Notes under the pieces: generated by a model
Databases searched by the model: none
The model's input: the letters and a program-made list of their open reading frames with translations, nothing else
Told to the model about the DNA's origin: nothing
DNA from: the human T2T-CHM13v2.0 reference genome, Homo sapiens
DNA: 64,000 nt
Assembly (NCBI RefSeq): GCF_009914755.1
Contig: NC_060928.1
Strand: one strand, 5' to 3'
In this document: piece after piece, positions 29,993-51,192 of the stretch
Layout: every line of letters starts with the position of its first letter
Numbering within the stretch: position 1 is the stretch's first letter
Position numbers and translations under genes: made by a program

Positions 29993-30107
29993 TCCCTAAC
30001 TGCCAACTCATTAACTATTCTTTTTCCAGTTAAACAGAGGTGGAGAGAAAACAGGAGTCAACCTAGGAAGGGGAGGATGATGTTTGGTTTAAACATATAG
30101 ACATTGC

Positions 30108-32140
<2,033 letters not shown>

Positions 32141-32360
32141 ATCCTAGAAGCAGAAGCACATCCATGACTTTCTTCTGTAGCTCATTAGCTAGAAATGAAT
32201 CACATGCAAGAAAATCTTGGAATAGTTTTACCTTCCCAAAGACAATCAATGTTATCTTTATAAGAAGGAAAGAGAGAGTAGATGTTGGGTAGATAACAAG
32301 CAGTTCCTGCCTCAATTATACAGCCACACTATAGTAAGGGCAGGATATAAAAGAATAACA

Positions 32361-32666
<306 letters not shown>

Positions 32667-32805
32667 AGAATAACAATTACTCAAGTTCCACAATCATAGC
32701 AATAACAACTATTCATTTACTATTATTTTCCTTCAATCATATTTATGTGTCTAGTTTCTCTGCTATAATTATAATCATTATGTATTTACTATTTTGTCCT
32801 GCTAT

Positions 32806-33530
32806 ATTTATTTATTTATTTATTGAGACAGAGTCTTGCTCTGTTGCCCAGGCTGGAGTGCAGTGGCTCTCTCTCGGCTTACTGCAATATCCGCCTCCTG
32901 GGTTCAAGCGACTCTCCTGCCTCAGCCTCCTGAGTAGCTGGGATTACAGGTATGTGCCACCACACCCGGCTAATTTTGTATTTTCAGTAGAGATGGGGTT
33001 TCTCCATGTTGGTCAGGCTGGTCTTGAACTCCTGACCTCAGGTGATCTGGTTGCTTTGGCCTCTCAAAGTGCTGGGATTACAGACATGAGCCACCGCATC
33101 TGGACTTATTTTCATTTTTGAGATGGGGTCTTGCTCTGTCATCCAGGCTGGAGTGCAGTAATGCAATCACGGCTCACTGAAGCCTGGACTTCCTGGGCTC
33201 ACGTCATCCTCCCATCTCAGTCTCCTGAGTAGCTGGGACTACATGCATGCATCACCAAGCCCAGCTAATTTTTTAATTTTTTATAGAGATGGGGTTTTAC
33301 TATGTTGCTCAGGTTGGTCTCAAACTCCTAGGCTCAAGCAATCCTCCCACTCAGTCTCCCAAAGTGCTGGGATTACAGGTGTGAGCCACCTGCCCAGACA
33401 GCATTCAATTTTTAAATAATTTTTTGTATAGATGGGGTTTCATTTTGTTGCCCTGGCTGGTCTTGAACTCCTGGCCTCAAGTGATCCTCCCACCTCAGCC
33501 TCCCAAAGACTCTGGTATTATAGGTATGCG
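32806..33530 (-). mobile_element. Antisense Alu cluster: AluS (32806-33105), AluJ (33108-33400), monomer (33420-33530)
   Basis: Alu consensus text. Confidence 0.9.
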
Positions 33531-33551
33531 TTCTTCAATTTGTACTGAACC

Positions 33552-34036
33552 TGTGGTAGGCAGAATAATGGTCCACCAAAGATGTCCAAGTGCTAATGTG
33601 AAGGACTGGTGAGTGTGCTAAGTTACCCCGCAATGAGAAGTTAAGGTTGCTAATCAACTGACCTAGAGGTGGGGAGATAATTTTAAATTATCCAGCTGGA
33701 TAAAGATCCTTTTAAGTAGAAAAGGGAGGCAGAAGAGAGAGAACCAAAGAGATGGTATCATGAGAAGGACTCAGCCAATGTTGCTGACTTCGAAAAATGG
33801 AGGAAAAGAGCTATGAACCAACAGTGTGAGAAGCAGCCTCTAGGAATCGGAAAAGTCAAAGCAACAGATTGTCCCCTAGAGCCTCCAAAAGGAAAGCAGC
33901 CCTGCTGATATCTTAATTTTAGCCCAGTGAGATCCATTCCAGACTTTTGACCCTCCCAAACTCCAAGATAACAAATGTGGGTTAAGACATGAAATTTATG
34001 GTAATTTGTTATAGCAGCAATAGAAAACCAATTCAG
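33552..34036 (+). mobile_element. MLT1D/E-like LTR
   Basis: TGTGGTAGGCAGAATAATGG...GGTAATTTGTTATAGCAGCAATAGAAAAC. Confidence 0.85.
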
Positions 34037-34467
34037 TATCCAATGTTTAAGAAATAAGACTGTGGTGGCAATTAAAAGACTGTAGAGAAAAGTGGTAAAA
34101 GGCAGGGAGATCTATTGGGATTTTTTTTTTTTTTTTTACCTGTTTAGGAAAGTGATAATGAAGGTTTGACCCAAGATGGTGGGAATAAGAAAATGGATAA
34201 GATTACAGATCACAAAATATTTATGACCTAGAATAGACAGGCTAGTTGGATACGGGCTTAGGGAGAGGATGGCATTGAGAATAATGCAGACAATCAAGGT
34301 GAAGAGTAAAAGAGAACCAGGTATTGGAGGAAAGAATTCTTTGTAGGGCATCTTGAGCTGGAAATTCTCATAGGAAATCCTGGCAGAGATAGCTAGTAAG
34401 TAGTCGACCATGCATTTGAAACTGGAGAAAAGTGAAAGCTAAAATAATTTTAAAATGAAAAATATTA

Positions 34468-34778
34468 GGTGGGGTGTGGTGGCTCATGCCTGTAATCTGA
34501 GCACTTTGGGAGGCTGAGGCAGGCGGATCACGATGTCGGGAGATCGAGACCATCCTGGCTAACACGGTGAAACCCCATCTCTACTAAAAATACAAAAAAT
34601 TAGCCAGGCGTGGTGGCAGGCAACTATAGTCCCAGCTACTCTGGAGGCTGAGGCAGGAGAATGGCGTGAACCCAGGAAGCAGAGCTTGCAGTGAGCCAAG
34701 ATCACGCCACTACACTCCAGCCTGGGTGACAGAGCAAGACTCTGTCTCAGTTAAAAAAAAAAAAAAGAAAAAGAAAAA
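34468..34778 (+). mobile_element. AluY/Sc-like
   Basis: GAGATCGAGACCATCCTGGCTAACACGG, GAATGGCGTGAA; TSD GAAAATATTA. Confidence 0.93.
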
Positions 34779-35189
34779 TATTAAAGAGATGTTATACTCA
34801 GGTTAATTGTTAAAGTATTTTTAACTGATTTCAGTGGGTAAGACATGGTGCTACAAACTGTGAGAAACTCAATAGAATAAAATCACATTCCTTGCCAGAA
34901 TTCTAGAAACTCACAATCAGTCTGCATCATTAAAGCTTTATCTTGTTATGCGGTCATTTCTTCATTTTCATGTCTACTTCCCCAAGTATATTCAGACCCT
35001 CTCCAGACCTGGGGCCCAGAAGCTCTGTCATTATTCTCTCCGTCATTGTGCACAATAACAGGCCTAGTACACAATCATTAAACAGTAAACAATTGTTAAA
35101 TGAATGACCGGGTGAAAGGAAGAGCTGTTAGAGAGTCCAACAAATCACTACAGAAATGCTGACCATGAAAAGCCTCCTATATTATGCAA

Positions 35190-36925
<1,736 letters not shown>

Positions 36926-37744
36926 TAAAATTCTTCACCTCCATGCATTTTAAGAAGTGGTAGCCACTATGGAAGAGGAGCCAGGGTGCTCTGGAGATAA
37001 AGCAAGGGACTGCTTTGGGTTGGGTGGGCAGCCTGTGGAGAAAGTGGTGTTTCAGATGAGACCTGAGGGTGAGAAAGAGCTGGCCGGGGTTAGAGGTGGG
37101 AGAAGTGCCAGGTTGCAGGTAGGAGCTCAGGCTCAAGGGCAGAACACGGCTCCTGACGTTGGAGAAAGGGAGAGGAGGCCCCTGAGGCAGAGCAGTGAAA
37201 TCAGATCAATGACCCAAGAGAGATAAGAGTCGAGATTGGCAAGGTGAGCAGGGCTGGGTGATCCAGAGCCTTGCAAAGTTTAAGAAAACACCAACTACTT
37301 TGTTTATTGTCTGACTGCCTCAGCGCGCTGAGGTGTGTCCAGGTTTGTTGAGGTCCTGACCTTTGTTCTTTCTCCTTCTTTAGCCTCTGTGTCTCCTTTT
37401 CCGTCAGCTTAGGGCTCAGACCAACGCTTTACCAATGCAACCGGGACAAACCTGGCAACTGGACTGTCTTGGACAAACTGGAAACACAAGTTCTAGAACA
37501 TCTGAAGCAATTGTGGTGAGGCCACTTGACATGTCACCAACTCCAGAGAGCAAAGAGCTCTCTGCCTTTTCTTCCTTCCTCTCAGATTACGCCTTTGAAA
37601 TAAGACCTGACTGTTAAAACTTCATGAGCTTATCAATATATCCAAGCCACTCCAACACTTAAAAAATAAAACCCCATGACAAAACCTCTTTTGCCTTTGT
37701 GTATTTCTGTCTCTTTACTCTTGTCAGTCAAATTTCCCTCCTGG

Positions 37745-38190
37745 ATCATTCAGGGTTCCAGCAGGACACAGATGGTGTGTTCATATAAAGATAATTTGAG
37801 GAACGTGTAATAAAGGAGTGTCTGCAAAGGTGTAGGCAGGTTGCAGAGAAACACCAGGGGCAGTAGAAAATCCCAGGCCTAGAAAAGCAGAGCTGTTACC
37901 ACTCTAGGCCTGAGAGGAGGTGGGAAGGAGTGGTTACCTGGACCCAGGAGGAAAGCCATGACTTCTGGTTGAGCAAATGTGGCAGAAGCCTTAGGGAAGG
38001 AGTTGGGGGATATATATATATATATCCCCATCTCACCCTCCTTCCCTCCAGTCTCCTCCTAGGGCTCACCGTTGGCCAAACTCAACAGTCATGGGAATCT
38101 GTTGGTGCTGCCTGTGTGCCCAGGACAGACAGCAGAGTGGCAAAGCATTGAGTGTGAATCTGGAAGGACAAAGGGAGACATCTGGCACAT
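37745..38190 (-). mobile_element. LTR33-like ERVL LTR
   Basis: TCAGGGTTCCAGCAGGACACAGATGG...AATAAAGGAG is the reverse counterpart of the 19760 element. Confidence 0.6.
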
Positions 38191-38219
38191 TCCCTCATTC
38201 TTTGTCCTCTCTCTGTGTT

Positions 38220-39330
<1,111 letters not shown>

Positions 39331-39849
39331 ACAGCAGAGATTAAAAATGTGTGTGTGTGTGTGTTTTCTTTTCTGCTGTTCTAGGATGCCTTTGCATATT
39401 TCACTCCCTGTTCACCCCAGGAGTGTAAATCATGTTCTTGGCTTAGAGAGTAATCACCCTTCAATCTCTTTCAGGCAAAGTAATCAGACCTGTTCTGTTG
39501 CGAGGGTCTGAGACGCCCTGAGAGCAGTCAGGGTCTTCAGCATGGAAGGGGGTATGGAAATAAGAACTTTGGTGTTTAATGGTTTAAAAAGGAGAAGCCA
39601 AGCTGACTTGCCTCTCTGAGCATGTGACTCAACTGCTGAGCTAGACATGGACCTTCACCTGAGACCCTAAGCCTTTTATGGTTTATATGGAAAGATGAAT
39701 ACCAAATGCCAATAGCCAAAAAAAAAATATGCAAAAGAAGGCTGTGAGGGGTTCTTGCTTGAGAGGAAATTGGAGGTCATGGTAAGCAAATCAAGTTGGG
39801 ACTGGGCTAGGAATAGACTCACCATTACCATCAAAAGAAAAAAAAAGAA

Positions 39850-41125
39850 AGAAAGAAACGAAAAAAAGAGAAAAAAAACAGTGGAAATGAATAGAGAAAA
39901 CAGAGAATCCAGAAATGGCTCATAGTGCATGTGAGAATTTAATATATGGTCATGAGAGTAGCTGAAATCAGTGAGGAAAGGCTATCTATTAAAAAATAAA
40001 ATAATTTCAGGCCCCTGTTTTATATAAGATATAAAAATTAATTTAAGATAGATCAAAACTTAAATGTAAAAAACAAAATAATAATATATAAATTCTATGA
40101 GAAAATCTAGGAAACTACATGTAAGAGGCAGAGGAGATTCCCTTATCAAATACTGGAAACCAGACGCTATTAAAAAAAGAGATAGACATATTTGACTGCA
40201 TAAAACCCCAAAATGTCATGTGACAAAAGATATAATTAAAAATGGTCAGTTGGGTCTGGTGGCTCACGCCTGTAATCCCAGCAATTTGGGAGGCTGAGGT
40301 GGGAGGATCATTTGAGGCCAGGAGTTTGAGACCAGCCTGGCCAACATGGTGAGACCCTCTCTCTTTAAAAAAAAAATAAAGTCAGTGAAAAAGCCAAATG
40401 AAAATTGATAGACTTAAACATACCATAAATACTGCTAATATTCAAAACACTCTTACAAACTGATCCAAAAGAGTAAACAACTCCATCAAGGATAATTAGC
40501 AAACAGTATAAAAAGATAGTTCACAAAGAGACAAAGTTTCATGCCTGTAATCCCGGCACTTCGGGAGGCTGAGGTGGAAGAATCACTTGAGGCCAGTAGT
40601 TCAAGACCAGTCTGGGCAACATAGCGAGACCTCGTCTCTACAAAAAACTTTTAAAAAGTTAGCTGGGCATGACGGCACATGCCTGTGGTTCCAGTCACTT
40701 GAGCCCAGGAGTTCAAGATTACAGTGAGCTATGATGGCACTACTGCACTCCAGCCTGGGTGACAGAGCGAGACCCTGTTTCTTAAAAAAAAATAATAAAA
40801 GAAAAAAAAATTAAATAATTGGAAAAATTCATCTTTTGACCAGGCACGTTGGCTCATGCCTATAATTCCAGCACTTTGGGAGGCTGAGGCAGGTGGATCA
40901 GCTGAGGTCAGCAGTTCAAGACCAGCCCGGCCAACATGGCGAAACCCCAGGCTACTAAAAATACAAAAATTAGCCAGGCATGGTGGCGTACTCCTGTAGT
41001 CCCAGCTACTCAGGAGGCTGAGGCAGGAGAATCTCTTGAACCCGGGAGTCAGAGGTTGCAGTGAGCCAAGATTGGGTTATTGCAGTCCAGCCTGGGTGAC
41101 AGCGAGACTCCGTCAAAAAAAAAAA
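39850..41125 (+). mobile_element. Old L1M fragments with Alu/FLAM insertions (40244-40380, 40540-40800, 40838-41125)
   Basis: GGAAATGAATAGAGAA...CCAGAAAT, AACTTAAATGTAAAA; Alu text. Confidence 0.75.
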
Positions 41126-41346
41126 TTATCTTTTTTCACAAAGCTTCTCCTGTATACTTCCAGTGTGTTAGTTACCCCCTTTTTTGCATTGTCTCTATAG
41201 TGTGGACAGAGTTTTATATTCACACTTATGACACACTAAAAATCTGTAATTTAAAAATGTCCACAGCTGTGCCTTCTAGATTTTGGCCACTGTGATGACA
41301 GGAATTGTGTCTTATTTATCTTCACATTCCATCATCACGGTGGACA

Positions 41347-41882
41347 TTGTCCAAGGGCTGTAGCAACCAAGTACCGCAAACAAGGTGGCTTGAAACAACC
41401 AAAGCATATTGCCTCACAGTTCTAGAGGCTAGAAATCCAAAATGAAGTTGTTGGAAGGGACGTGTTCTCTCTAAAGATTCTAGGGGAGAATCCCTCCTTG
41501 CCTTTTCCAGCTTCTAGGGGACCCCTGAAACCCTTGGTGTTCCTCCACATTCTAATCTCTGCCTCTGTCTCCACATGGGGTTTCCCTACGTGTGCATCTC
41601 TCTATGTGTTCAAATTTCTCTCTTCTCATAAGTCTGTATATTTCTACCAGTCAAGATTGACTAAGCTTCATTTCCTGCCGTTTGGCTAATGAAAACAATC
41701 GCCATGTGGAATATTACTTTTTGTACCAAAGGTGCTTCTCTGGTCTGCCGGGTCCCCTAGATGTAGTGCCTTTTCCCTGATTTGAGAATGTGTGTTCTAA
41801 TCCTGAATAATCCTAATTAGGATTGAATAAGGCCCACCCTAATACAGCATGATCTCATTTTAACTTGAATACACCTGCAAAT
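41347..41882 (-). mobile_element. MLT1 LTR carrying an inverted non-LTR insertion (41630-41817)
   Basis: AGGGCTGTAGCAACCAAGTACCGCAAAC...CTCACAGTTCTAGAGGCTAGAAATCC...TCTTCTCATAAG [insert] GGCCCACCCTAAT...CTCATTTTAACTTGA. Confidence 0.85.
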
Positions 41883-41886
41883 TTAA

Positions 41887-42695
<809 letters not shown>

Positions 42696-44021
42696 TTACA
42701 TTTCCTTATCCAGGTTACAGAAACTAAAATAAAATAAAATTCCTGCTTTACACGGTTTGTACCTTAATTACATTTAGAAATAAATGACTCACCACAGGTT
42801 GAAAGTGCAAAGATTAGGATTATTCAGGACTAGAACACACATTCTCAAATCACGGAAAGGTCACTATGTCTAGGGGACCCCGGAGACCAGAGAAGTGCCT
42901 TTGGTTCAAAAAATAAATTTTACGTAGTGATTGTTTTCATTAACCAAACCGCAGAAAATGAAGCTGCGTCAATCTTGACTGTCAGGAATATATAGACTTT
43001 GGTATGAGAAAGCTTTGAAGGAGACTTGAGTTTTTAAAAAATTGAGAAATTCTAGTCAAGAAGAAGAGACAATGGTGTAATTCAGACATGTGAACTGTAA
43101 AACAATTCAATATTTTCATAGAAAGAATGAAAGCCTGATTCTTCTTTGGGTCTGGAAAAACAGCATTTTGACAAATACTGGCTGGGAGGTGGGAGGGCCC
43201 CCTTTCTGGCTACAAACCAAAGAAGGATTTTCTTTACTCCGTCTCTGGCCCAAAGACTATGGTTAGAGCCTTCTGGGTTTAGTCATTTACAGAATAGTGA
43301 CTCTACTTGCAGGCCCCAAGGTTCGAAGGTTGATACAGAAACCCAAAGTGAGAAAATGGCCTTGGTTTCTGATCTTGGAGATTTGAAGCAGGGCTGTCTA
43401 TCTCTAACCCTGAGAGTCTTGGGCCAGGTTGAAATGAATTCCAAACCAAAGTTGATGCCATCATCCATGTTTTGTTAATTAATTCAATTAATAAGTGGTA
43501 CATGACTGGTAGTAATTGGGCAGTTGCAAAGGCTCAGATACAGCCCACAGGTGTCCCTGTAACCCAGAAAATCCCTACCTACAGAAAGGGATTTGTCTTG
43601 TTCTGCACCAGCTATATTGAATTCTGAATGGGTGGTTTTGCAGGAAGTAATTTAAGCTGTAAGACTATCTGAGCCTTCATAAGTAATATAGCTGTAGAAC
43701 ATATAGCAATTGAGATTCTCACATTAGATAACTGGGCCAAAGTCCAGAGACCAGCTCGTAGGAGAGAGATGGCTGACATCCAGGAGTTCTTTGTCCCCAA
43801 GAATGGACTCTGAGCATTCCAATTCTGGCCCCATCTTGGGCAACTGCTGTAGGGTCAAAGCTACAGGAGTTTTTCTTTTCATGGGAACTAGTTCTAACAT
43901 TTGTTTCAATCCTTTCTAGGAGAAGTAGATAGTAACTTACAGTATCCTGAAAAATGTTCTGCAAAAGAAACAAGTGCTATAAAAAAAGATCAGCAATAAG
44001 GAAGAATTAAGAAGTAGAATA

Positions 44022-44390
<369 letters not shown>

Positions 44391-44974
44391 CTATATCTCA
44401 TTGGCCAGAGTTTGGTCACATGTGCACTCCTAGATCAATCACTGACAAAGGTGTAGACTACCATGACTCGCTTGAGAACAATCAAATTGATTCCCTGGAG
44501 TTGGGGAAGGGTTCTGCTTTCCCTTATCACATTGCTGCACTCCCAATACCTGAATAACAGCAGGGCTCTGTAGGCAAGGATGACTTTGGATGGGTAGCAA
44601 CAGAATGGACCGCAACAACACTGAAAAAAAAAAAAAGCAAAAAATAGGGGACCATTTAATTCAGGTCTCTGTACCTGACTCTTTATGTAACAGGACAAAT
44701 ACAAATTTGTCCCTATCTTGCCAAAGTAGACATCAACCTTGAATGGGGAGTAAAAACTCTTCTCTAGGTCCATGTATGCTCAAGTAGCACAATTATAGGC
44801 CCCATCATCAACCCTGAGGTCAAGCGGCCAACAGTAACATAAGGTTGGTTCCTAGAGCTGGCTGAAAGTCTCAAACTTAAATCCTTTACTAGTTTTTCTC
44901 AGAATTTGTCTGGCTTGATAAACTGTAAAACAGCACAGAAAGCAGAAAAAGAACTTTAGAAATTAAGGAGATGT

Positions 44975-45612
44975 TGGCCGGTACAGTGGCTCACGCCTGT
45001 AATCCCAGCACTTTGGGAAGCTGAGGTAGGCAGATTGCTTGAGGCCAGGAGTTTGAGACCTGCCTGGCAAACATGGCGAACCTCCGCCTTTACAAAAAAT
45101 ACAAAAATTAGCTGGGCATGGTGGTGGGCGCCTGTAATCCCAGCTTCTTGGGAGGCTGAGGCATGAGAATTTCTTGAACCCAGGAGGCAGATGTTGCAAT
45201 GAGCCGAGATCTAGCCACTACACTCGAGCCTGGGAAGCAGAGAGAGACTCTGTCTAAAAGAAAAAAAAAAAAAAAAAGGCAAGGAGCTATTATGCCAACA
45301 TCAGAATCACAAAGGACAAAGCAAACTTAGTAAATTTTGAACAAAACTTTGAAACTTAATGACTGTGAATGGCCAAATGCTACTCAACTACGAGTGACAG
45401 AAATAAAATAAAGCAAAAGACACTGCTACAGAGGTTAAAAAGTTAGGCTATGGTGAGTAGTTCTATTTTCTTTTTTTTTTTTTTTTTTAACAGACGGGGT
45501 CTCACTATGTTGCCCAGGCTGGCCTCAAACTCCTGGGCTCAAGCATTCCTCCCCGGCTCAGCCTCCCAAGTAGCTGGGACTACAAGCATGTGCCACTGCT
45601 CCCAGCTAATTC
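44975..45612. mobile_element. AluS (+, 44975-45277) and FLAM (-, 45472-45612)
   Basis: Alu text. Confidence 0.9.
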
Positions 45613-45980
45613 TATTTTTGAACATAAAGATAACATGTGTGAGATGTATAATTTTCTTAACAGAAATTCAATTTCTCTTGCCTCCACTAAAATAAACAAC
45701 AAATATTTACTGAACATTGCTTTAAAGAGGTGCCCTATTACTACCCTGCCTACAGCACCTATCCTCGTTCTATCAGTGTGGCAGTGGGATGCAAGAGACA
45801 GGGGCTTTGGCATTCAGGAAGCTGGCCTGGAATACAGGCTGTGAACTTGAACGAGTCCTCAGTCTTGTTAGTGCTCAAATCCTCAGCTGCAAAATGGAAG
45901 CAACCTCTCTCAGAGTCCTTCTGTTCTTGATTTGTAGTAGGTCCTCAAGACGTGGCAGTTACCTTTAAGTTTGTTGGGAG

Positions 45981-46390
45981 CAGTGGTTTTGAATGTGTGG
46001 TCCCTGGACCAGCAGCATCAGCACAGCGAGAATGCTCTGCTGCACATTCTGGGGCTCCACCCCAGACCACTGCATCAGAGACCCTGGAGGGGAGAGCTTT
46101 CACAGGCCCTCCTGGGATTCTGACATGTACTCAGGTTTGAGAATTACTGGTGAGGAACATGGGCAATAAACCAGACCGCCAAGGGTTCAAATCATCTTGC
46201 CTTCCCACTCTCTGTGTGAACTTGAGCAAATTATCCAACTTCCCCGTGCCTCAATTTCCCCATCTGCCCAATGAGGATAATAGTTATATCTAACTCATAG
46301 AGCTGCTATGAGGATTGAATGAGATAATACACATAATGGACTTTAAATGGGACCTAGCCCACAGAAGGTGTTTAATAGATGACAGCTGGT
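45981..46390. mobile_element. MER5A (45981-46149) followed by MIR (46170-46390)
   Basis: CAGTGGTTTTGAATGTGTGGTCCCTGGACCAGCAGCATCAGC...GAGAATTACTG; MIR core GTGCCTCAATTTCCCCATCTG. Confidence 0.8.
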
Positions 46391-46767
46391 ATAATTAATC
46401 GTTAGTAGTTTCATTGTCGTTCTTGTTCTGCTATAAACATTTCCCAGGCAAAGGCTAGTGGGGTGAGGTGGCAGGCACACCTGGAATGATGTTTTGACAT
46501 CCCTAAACCTTCCTCCTGTTCTCTAGCTTCTGCTCTACTCCCACCCAAACTGGTTTGAGGAAACTTGGGAATGGAAAGAGGTGAAAAAGTAAGTCTTTGC
46601 CAAGACATTGCTAAGTCTTGTCATGTTGAGACATCCAGTGAGCTGCTTAAATCACGTCTGAACTGTTTATTGTTGGGCATCATGGGATTTAACAAGGCTG
46701 AACTGGTTCTCATTAGTTTAATCTTATTTTTTAAATACTAATTTTTTTTAATTTAAGAGGTAATTCA

Positions 46768-47369
<602 letters not shown>

Positions 47370-47759
47370 TTAATAGAAAGATAATACCTGGGTTTGGAAG
47401 CATAGAATATGAAGAAAGTGTTTTTATAAAGAATCTCATAATTCTGGGGTGCAGGCAATATTCTACTCCTTGACCCGGATGGTGGTTACGTAGGTGTTGA
47501 TTTTGTAATATTCCATTAGGTTCTTCATTTATGCAATTTTATGTCTCCGTTATATTTCACAATAAGAAGCTGGAACCATATTTGGGAATGATAAACACTT
47601 AAAAATAATCAGTTATGTGCCTATGAATCTATCCAGAGAGAATCACTATCAATGATTTTGAGTATCTTCTTTCTTTTTTCCTCTGCATATCTCTATGTAT
47701 TTGTTATTCACTCATTTATTCAACCAGTATTTAGAGAGAACTATTCTGTGTTCTGGGTG

Positions 47760-48085
47760 ATGTTAGTTCTCTATCGCTGAGTAACAAATTATCCTAAAAC
47801 TTAGCAGCTTAAATCAACAAACATTTATCATCTTACAATTTCTGTGGGTCAGGCACAGCTCGCTTGGATGCCTCTGATTTTTGAGCTCTCAGGAGGCTGT
47901 AGGCACCATGGGTCATGGTCTAATTTGAAGACTCAATTAGAAGAGGAGCTACTCCAAGCTCACTCGCCTCATGGTTGTTGGACTGAGGACCTCAGTTCCT
48001 TGCTATCTGTTGGCTGGAGGCTTCCTTCAGCTTCTTGTTACCTGGAAGTCTTTACAGGGTTACTGGTCTCCTGGCTTCTGATGTT
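47760..48085 (-). mobile_element. MLT1F/G/H-like LTR fragment
   Basis: GTAACAAATTATCCTAAAACTTAGCAGCTTAAA...TTTCTGTGGGTCAGG. Confidence 0.7.
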
Positions 48086-48137
48086 GCAAATCTAGAATCT
48101 ATTCTCAACCCAGAGATGCTGTTAAATGTAAACCAGG

Positions 48138-48834
<697 letters not shown>

Positions 48835-49026
48835 TTAGATTACACCATCGTCTCTCGAAAACCCTCCGTGGCTTCCCGTTCTATTCCTTGCTAAACCTGA
48901 AGTTCTTTAATAAGTTCTCTGAAGTCAAAGTTGAATGACCTTCAGGGCGCTAGGCCATCTAGCCCCACTCTCTTCCCCTAACCTTATCTCCTGCTGCTCT
49001 GGATCATTCGGTGCTAGCCGTGCAAC

Positions 49027-49477
49027 TGTGAAAGGAAAATAAAACTTAGGACGCCAACTCACTCTACCAAAAGAAAAAAATTAAACTGAAAGTTGAATCA
49101 TGCAAGAAGCTGCCTTTGCTGTTGTTCCTAAGCAGATAGCGACAGATGAAAGGCCAGGTATCTCCACAGGTATGCTCACTTTACCTTGAAGTGCCAATTT
49201 ACTGAGGGCGAGATGAATACACAATTGGCAATTCCCCTGCCTTCTCCTTTCCTCTTGCAACAGGTGGATTCAGCAATGTGACCATACTCATCCTCTTTCC
49301 CCTCCAGCCCACTTATTCCCTTTAAATATGAAGCCCTCAAAATCATCTCTGGAAAAAGGCATGGACCACAGACTGTGCCTGTGATTTTGTGTTCCTGTTT
49401 TTCAGGCGTGTCCTTAATCCTGGCAAAATAAATTTCTAAATGGACTGAGACCTGTCTCAGATACTTTTTGGTTTACA
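49027..49477 (+). mobile_element. ERV1 solo LTR (MER4 family)
   Basis: TGTGAAAGGAAAATAAAAC...GAGACCTGTCTCAGATACTTTTTGGTTTACA; 4-bp TSD CAAC. Confidence 0.88.
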
Positions 49478-49655
49478 CAACCTCCACATGTTTGCCTCAG
49501 GGCCTTTGCACTGGCATCTCTGCTGAGAAGCCCTTTTCCCAAATACTCACCTGGCTCACTCTCTCACCTCTTTCAGGCACTCGCTCATTCCTGGACATCC
49601 TATCTAAAAGAGCACCCCCACTCCCCAACCCTAATGCCTTCCTCTCTCTGGTTTT

Positions 49656-50723
49656 CTTTTTTTTTTTTTTTTTTTTTTTTTTTTGAGGCAGGATCTCACT
49701 TTGTTGCCCAGGCTGGATTGTGCCCAGTGGCACAATCATGGCTCACTGCAGCCTCGACCTTTTGGGCTCAAGTGATCTTCCCACCTCAGCCCCCAAGTAG
49801 CTGAGACCACAGGCCTGTGCCACCATGCCCGGCTAATTTTTTTTGTAGAGATGGGGTTTCACTATGTTGCCTAGGCTGGTTATTATTATTACTTTTTTTT
49901 AGCACTTATCACCCATCTAACATACAATGTATTTTACTATTTGTTTTTCACTGTCTGCCTCTTGCACTAGAATGACTTTTCCAAGAGGGTGGGATTTGTG
50001 TCTGCTTTTTCACTGCAGATGTCCCAGGGTCTGAACAGTGTCTTGCACAAAGTACATAAAGTCTGCAAGTCAAAGAGAGAGGCCTCAGAGAAATGGACCC
50101 TTCTGAAACCTCGATTTCAGAACTGTGAAAAAACAAATATCTGTTGTTTAAGCCTGCCAGCGTGTGGTATTTTGTTATGGTAGCCAGAGCGAACCAATGC
50201 ATTAGATTACACCATCGTCTCTCAAAAACCCTCCGTGGCTTCCCACTTCACTCCTTGTTAATGCTGAAGTTCTTTAATACATTCTTTGAACTTTTTTTTT
50301 GCATAAATGAATACATGATTTGACAGGCAAATGTAAATTTATTTAGTTATCAATGATGCAGACCATTTCTTCCAAAAATGTTTTAGTAATTTTACTCTAG
50401 GTTTTGTCTATTCATGTTCTTCAGTTATTTTAAAAGTTAGGGTCCAGGCCAGGCATGGTGGTTCACGCCTGTAATCCCAGCATTTTGGAAGACTGAGATG
50501 GGAGGATCGCTTGAGGCCTATAGTCAGAGATTAGCCTGGGCAGCCTAGTGAGACCCCATCTCTACAAAAAATGTAGAAAATTGGCCAAGCGTGGTGGCAC
50601 GTGCCTGTTAATCTTCTTTGGGAGGCTGAGGCGGGAGCATTGCTTGAGTCCGGAGCTCAGTTGTGCCACTGCACTCCAGCCTGGGCAGAGAGCAAGACCC
50701 TGTCTCTTAAAAAAAAAAAAAAA
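49656..50723. mobile_element. AluJ (-, 49656-49881), L2 3' end (~49900-50055), AluJ (+, 50447-50723)
   Basis: Alu text; L2 tail TGTCTGCCTC...CACTAGAATG...GAACAGTGTCTTGCACAAAGTA. Confidence 0.8.
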
Positions 50724-51131
50724 GGTAGGGTCCAAAGATAATGCTTTCTCTATATTGCTACTGCCTCTCCTTAGAACATTACTAACTAGTATGAGTTATG
50801 TATTAAAAAGATTAAACCCTCTCTCTGCCATATTTTATAACATAATATTTTCAGTCTGTGGTTAGCCTTTTCATGATTTTTTACAACAAAATAATTTATA
50901 TTTTTTATGTAGTTAAATTTACTGTGAGTACTTTTTCTGAGGTGAGGTTGGTCTTAAAACAGCAGCTTTCAATAATTGTGTCAATTTCCCAAGAAATCTC
51001 CCGGTATTTTATTTCCAGAGACTCCTCTGATGCTCATTCATCTGAAACTCACTCACTTGGGACAGGCGACAGTAAGCTGTTTTTCTATAAGGAGTGCAAT
51101 TTATTTATTTATTTATTTTTAAATAATTTTT

Positions 51132-51192
51132 AGGGGGCTTTCTGTTAAAAACAGGAAAGTCTGCTAGACAAATTCTAAAGCAGCTGTAACAC
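51132..51192 (-). pseudogene. U7 snRNA processed pseudogene
   Basis: Reverse complement GTGTTACAGCTGCTTTAGAATTTGTCTAGCAGACTTTCCTGTTTTTAACAGAAAGCCCCCT matches U7, including the U7 Sm site AATTTGTCTAG and 3' stem-loop; A-rich tail at 51098-51131; degenerate TSD AAGGAGTG/AAAGAGTG. Confidence 0.92.

Noticed and set aside
37318-37333. 16-bp palindrome CCTCAGCGCGCTGAGG
   Set aside because: About one 16-bp palindrome is expected by chance in 64 kb; no supporting context.
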